Assembly: GCA_965637545.1 (NCBI GenBank)
Contig: OZ281496.1
Span: 5,766,001 to 5,830,000, forward strand
Direction of reading: 5' to 3'
From: Phallusia mammillata
Taxonomy: Eukaryota
Length of the DNA: 64,000 bases
Shown: piece by piece, positions 62,211 through 64,000 of the stretch
Layout: the number at the start of each line of letters is the position of its first letter
How positions within the stretch are numbered: position 1 is the stretch's first letter
Translations under genes and position numbers: made by a program
Notes under the pieces: model-generated
What the model was told of the DNA's origin: nothing
The model's database searches: none
Seen by the model: only the letters and a program-made list of their open reading frames with translations

Positions 62211-64000
62211 GTAATATGCGATAGTTTGTCACTGTACGAATGATTTCTCAAATTGTATGTTTGGGTTTCCGAAATTACTGTAATTATTCCACACGATGTT
62301 TTCACCGACGCTTTTTCGTTTTCCTTAAATTTTGTCGTTGAAAAGAAAGACGCTTTATTTCTTGATAATTATTACCAGAATGAGAACGATAATGTGTCGG
62401 TTTCTTTCCTGATCTGGAGATACCTAGGTCCAATCTCTGCTCTGATTCAACGCGACGTTCAAAACAAGCTCATTGTGACTTGTATATTTGACTCGGAACT
62501 ACTTCTCTCGTCATCCAACGTCCAATCACATGTCGGGTAAAGGGATTTGTCGGGTAATGAAACTAGAGCATAAAAACACACCGCATCCCAAATATAAACA
62601 TGACACATGTTTTTCGATGCGGGTAGCCCATGTCGCATGTCCTGCCGTTGGCCTCTTGCAATATGCGAAGTATAAACAAAACAAATGTCCTTTAATGCAT
62701 AAAAAACATGCCACACACAAGCATTGCTTTCGCAGGAAATTGGAGAAGAAATATAGTTTGATTTTTTGTGCTAGTCAAGAAACAAAATAAACGGCAAAGA
62801 CAACAATTTGAAATTACAGTTGATCGTTTGACAAAATAAATGTGGATTATTTTTTACCCGTACAAACTTAAAATTTCAGATTAGGATACCTTGAAGGCGA
62901 AAGTACCAAATTCTGAAACGTGTAACCTATTTGTAGATCCGCTGAAATTTTAGCTCAGAATACAGGAAACTTTGATATCGATCTAAATCTCTTTACGAAC
63001 GAACATTTTAACGAGAGTTTGCCCGGAAAAGTCACTGTACCTAACCACATTTTTGCTGAAGTGAGACTAAATGAAATTTCTTCAAGCAACGATCACTATA
63101 TTGTTCGGGTTGGTTGAATAGATTCTTTTAGAACAAGGAATTATTGATTGTAGCTTCCAGAACAATTTTAACGTGTCAAAGTTGTCCCTCAAAGAATGCT
63201 TACAAAACGGGCACTGTAATTTGCATTTGGGCCTTGCTAATTTTTTAATCCATTTTTTCACATACGCAGAATGGGTTAGTTTGTAGCTTTTAAATTTTTC
63301 TACTCAAGAGTTTAAAAATTTTGTGCACAGCTTGAAGAATGTTGGGCGACACGCGTTGAAAACTCCAGTGGTGTACCTAACTACCCGGTTGTACAAAGCG
63401 GGTAAGCTTTAATTATTTTACTTGCATACTTACATTGCACTACCGATTTGATTTTTTTTCTTTTTTTATTCCCTATTTGACTCTGTGTAATTCTGTGTAG
63501 AAAAATATTAGGTGCGTTGCGCTACCCAGTGGAGACGAGGCTGTCTACGAACAGATGTAGGAGGTTAGATACGAGCTTTTGTACTGTACAATCAGTATTT
63601 TGTGATGTACCCTAAACCATTTGCATTTACGCAACATAATTCAAAGTTTTGGGTGCAATATGATATATTTTATATTATATTTTGGTCATATATTCGCAGT
63701 TGATAGAAATAAAAGGCGGTTAAAATGTCAGTTCGACTAATAAAGTTTGCTCATTTTGTCTGCTCGATGAGCTTGCTACACAAAGGTACGTGGTTAAAAT
63801 TTAAAAAATAAAAAAATTTGTTTCTTCAACAAGGTCTCCAGTTTTAAGTGAACTGTATTTCTAATGATTTAGCTCTGTATATAAATATGTAGACTGTAAC
63901 AACCAAAATGAAGACTGCTAAATATATACCTTTCCGGCTAGATAAATCAGATAAAACTTTTCTTTTAAAAGTACATATCACTGCAGCGCAAAGTATGACA

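Overview
AT-rich animal genomic DNA with short GT-AG introns, most likely an ascidian or other tunicate (inferred from intron style and a receptor with LDL-receptor class A (LDLa) repeats but no leucine-rich repeats). It is dominated by transposons: two CACTA/EnSpm-type elements (one complete at 4.6 kb), an RTE LINE, Penelope-like elements with minimal hammerhead ribozyme motifs, a decayed BEL/Pao LTR element, and many hAT and Harbinger MITEs with visible target-site duplications (TSDs). Host loci are a C2H2 zinc-finger ORF, a candidate small spliced membrane-protein gene, a SNORD2/snR39B-like C/D snoRNA next to an orphan RPL23 exon, a GTPBP10 (Obg GTPase) gene with a damaged 5' end, and a 1157-aa multi-LDLa GPCR. 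The largest unexplained structure is an ~8.4-kb palindrome (5080-13504) with ~3.3-3.9-kb arms and a second inverted repeat in its spacer. All alignments were done by eye and no database searches were run.
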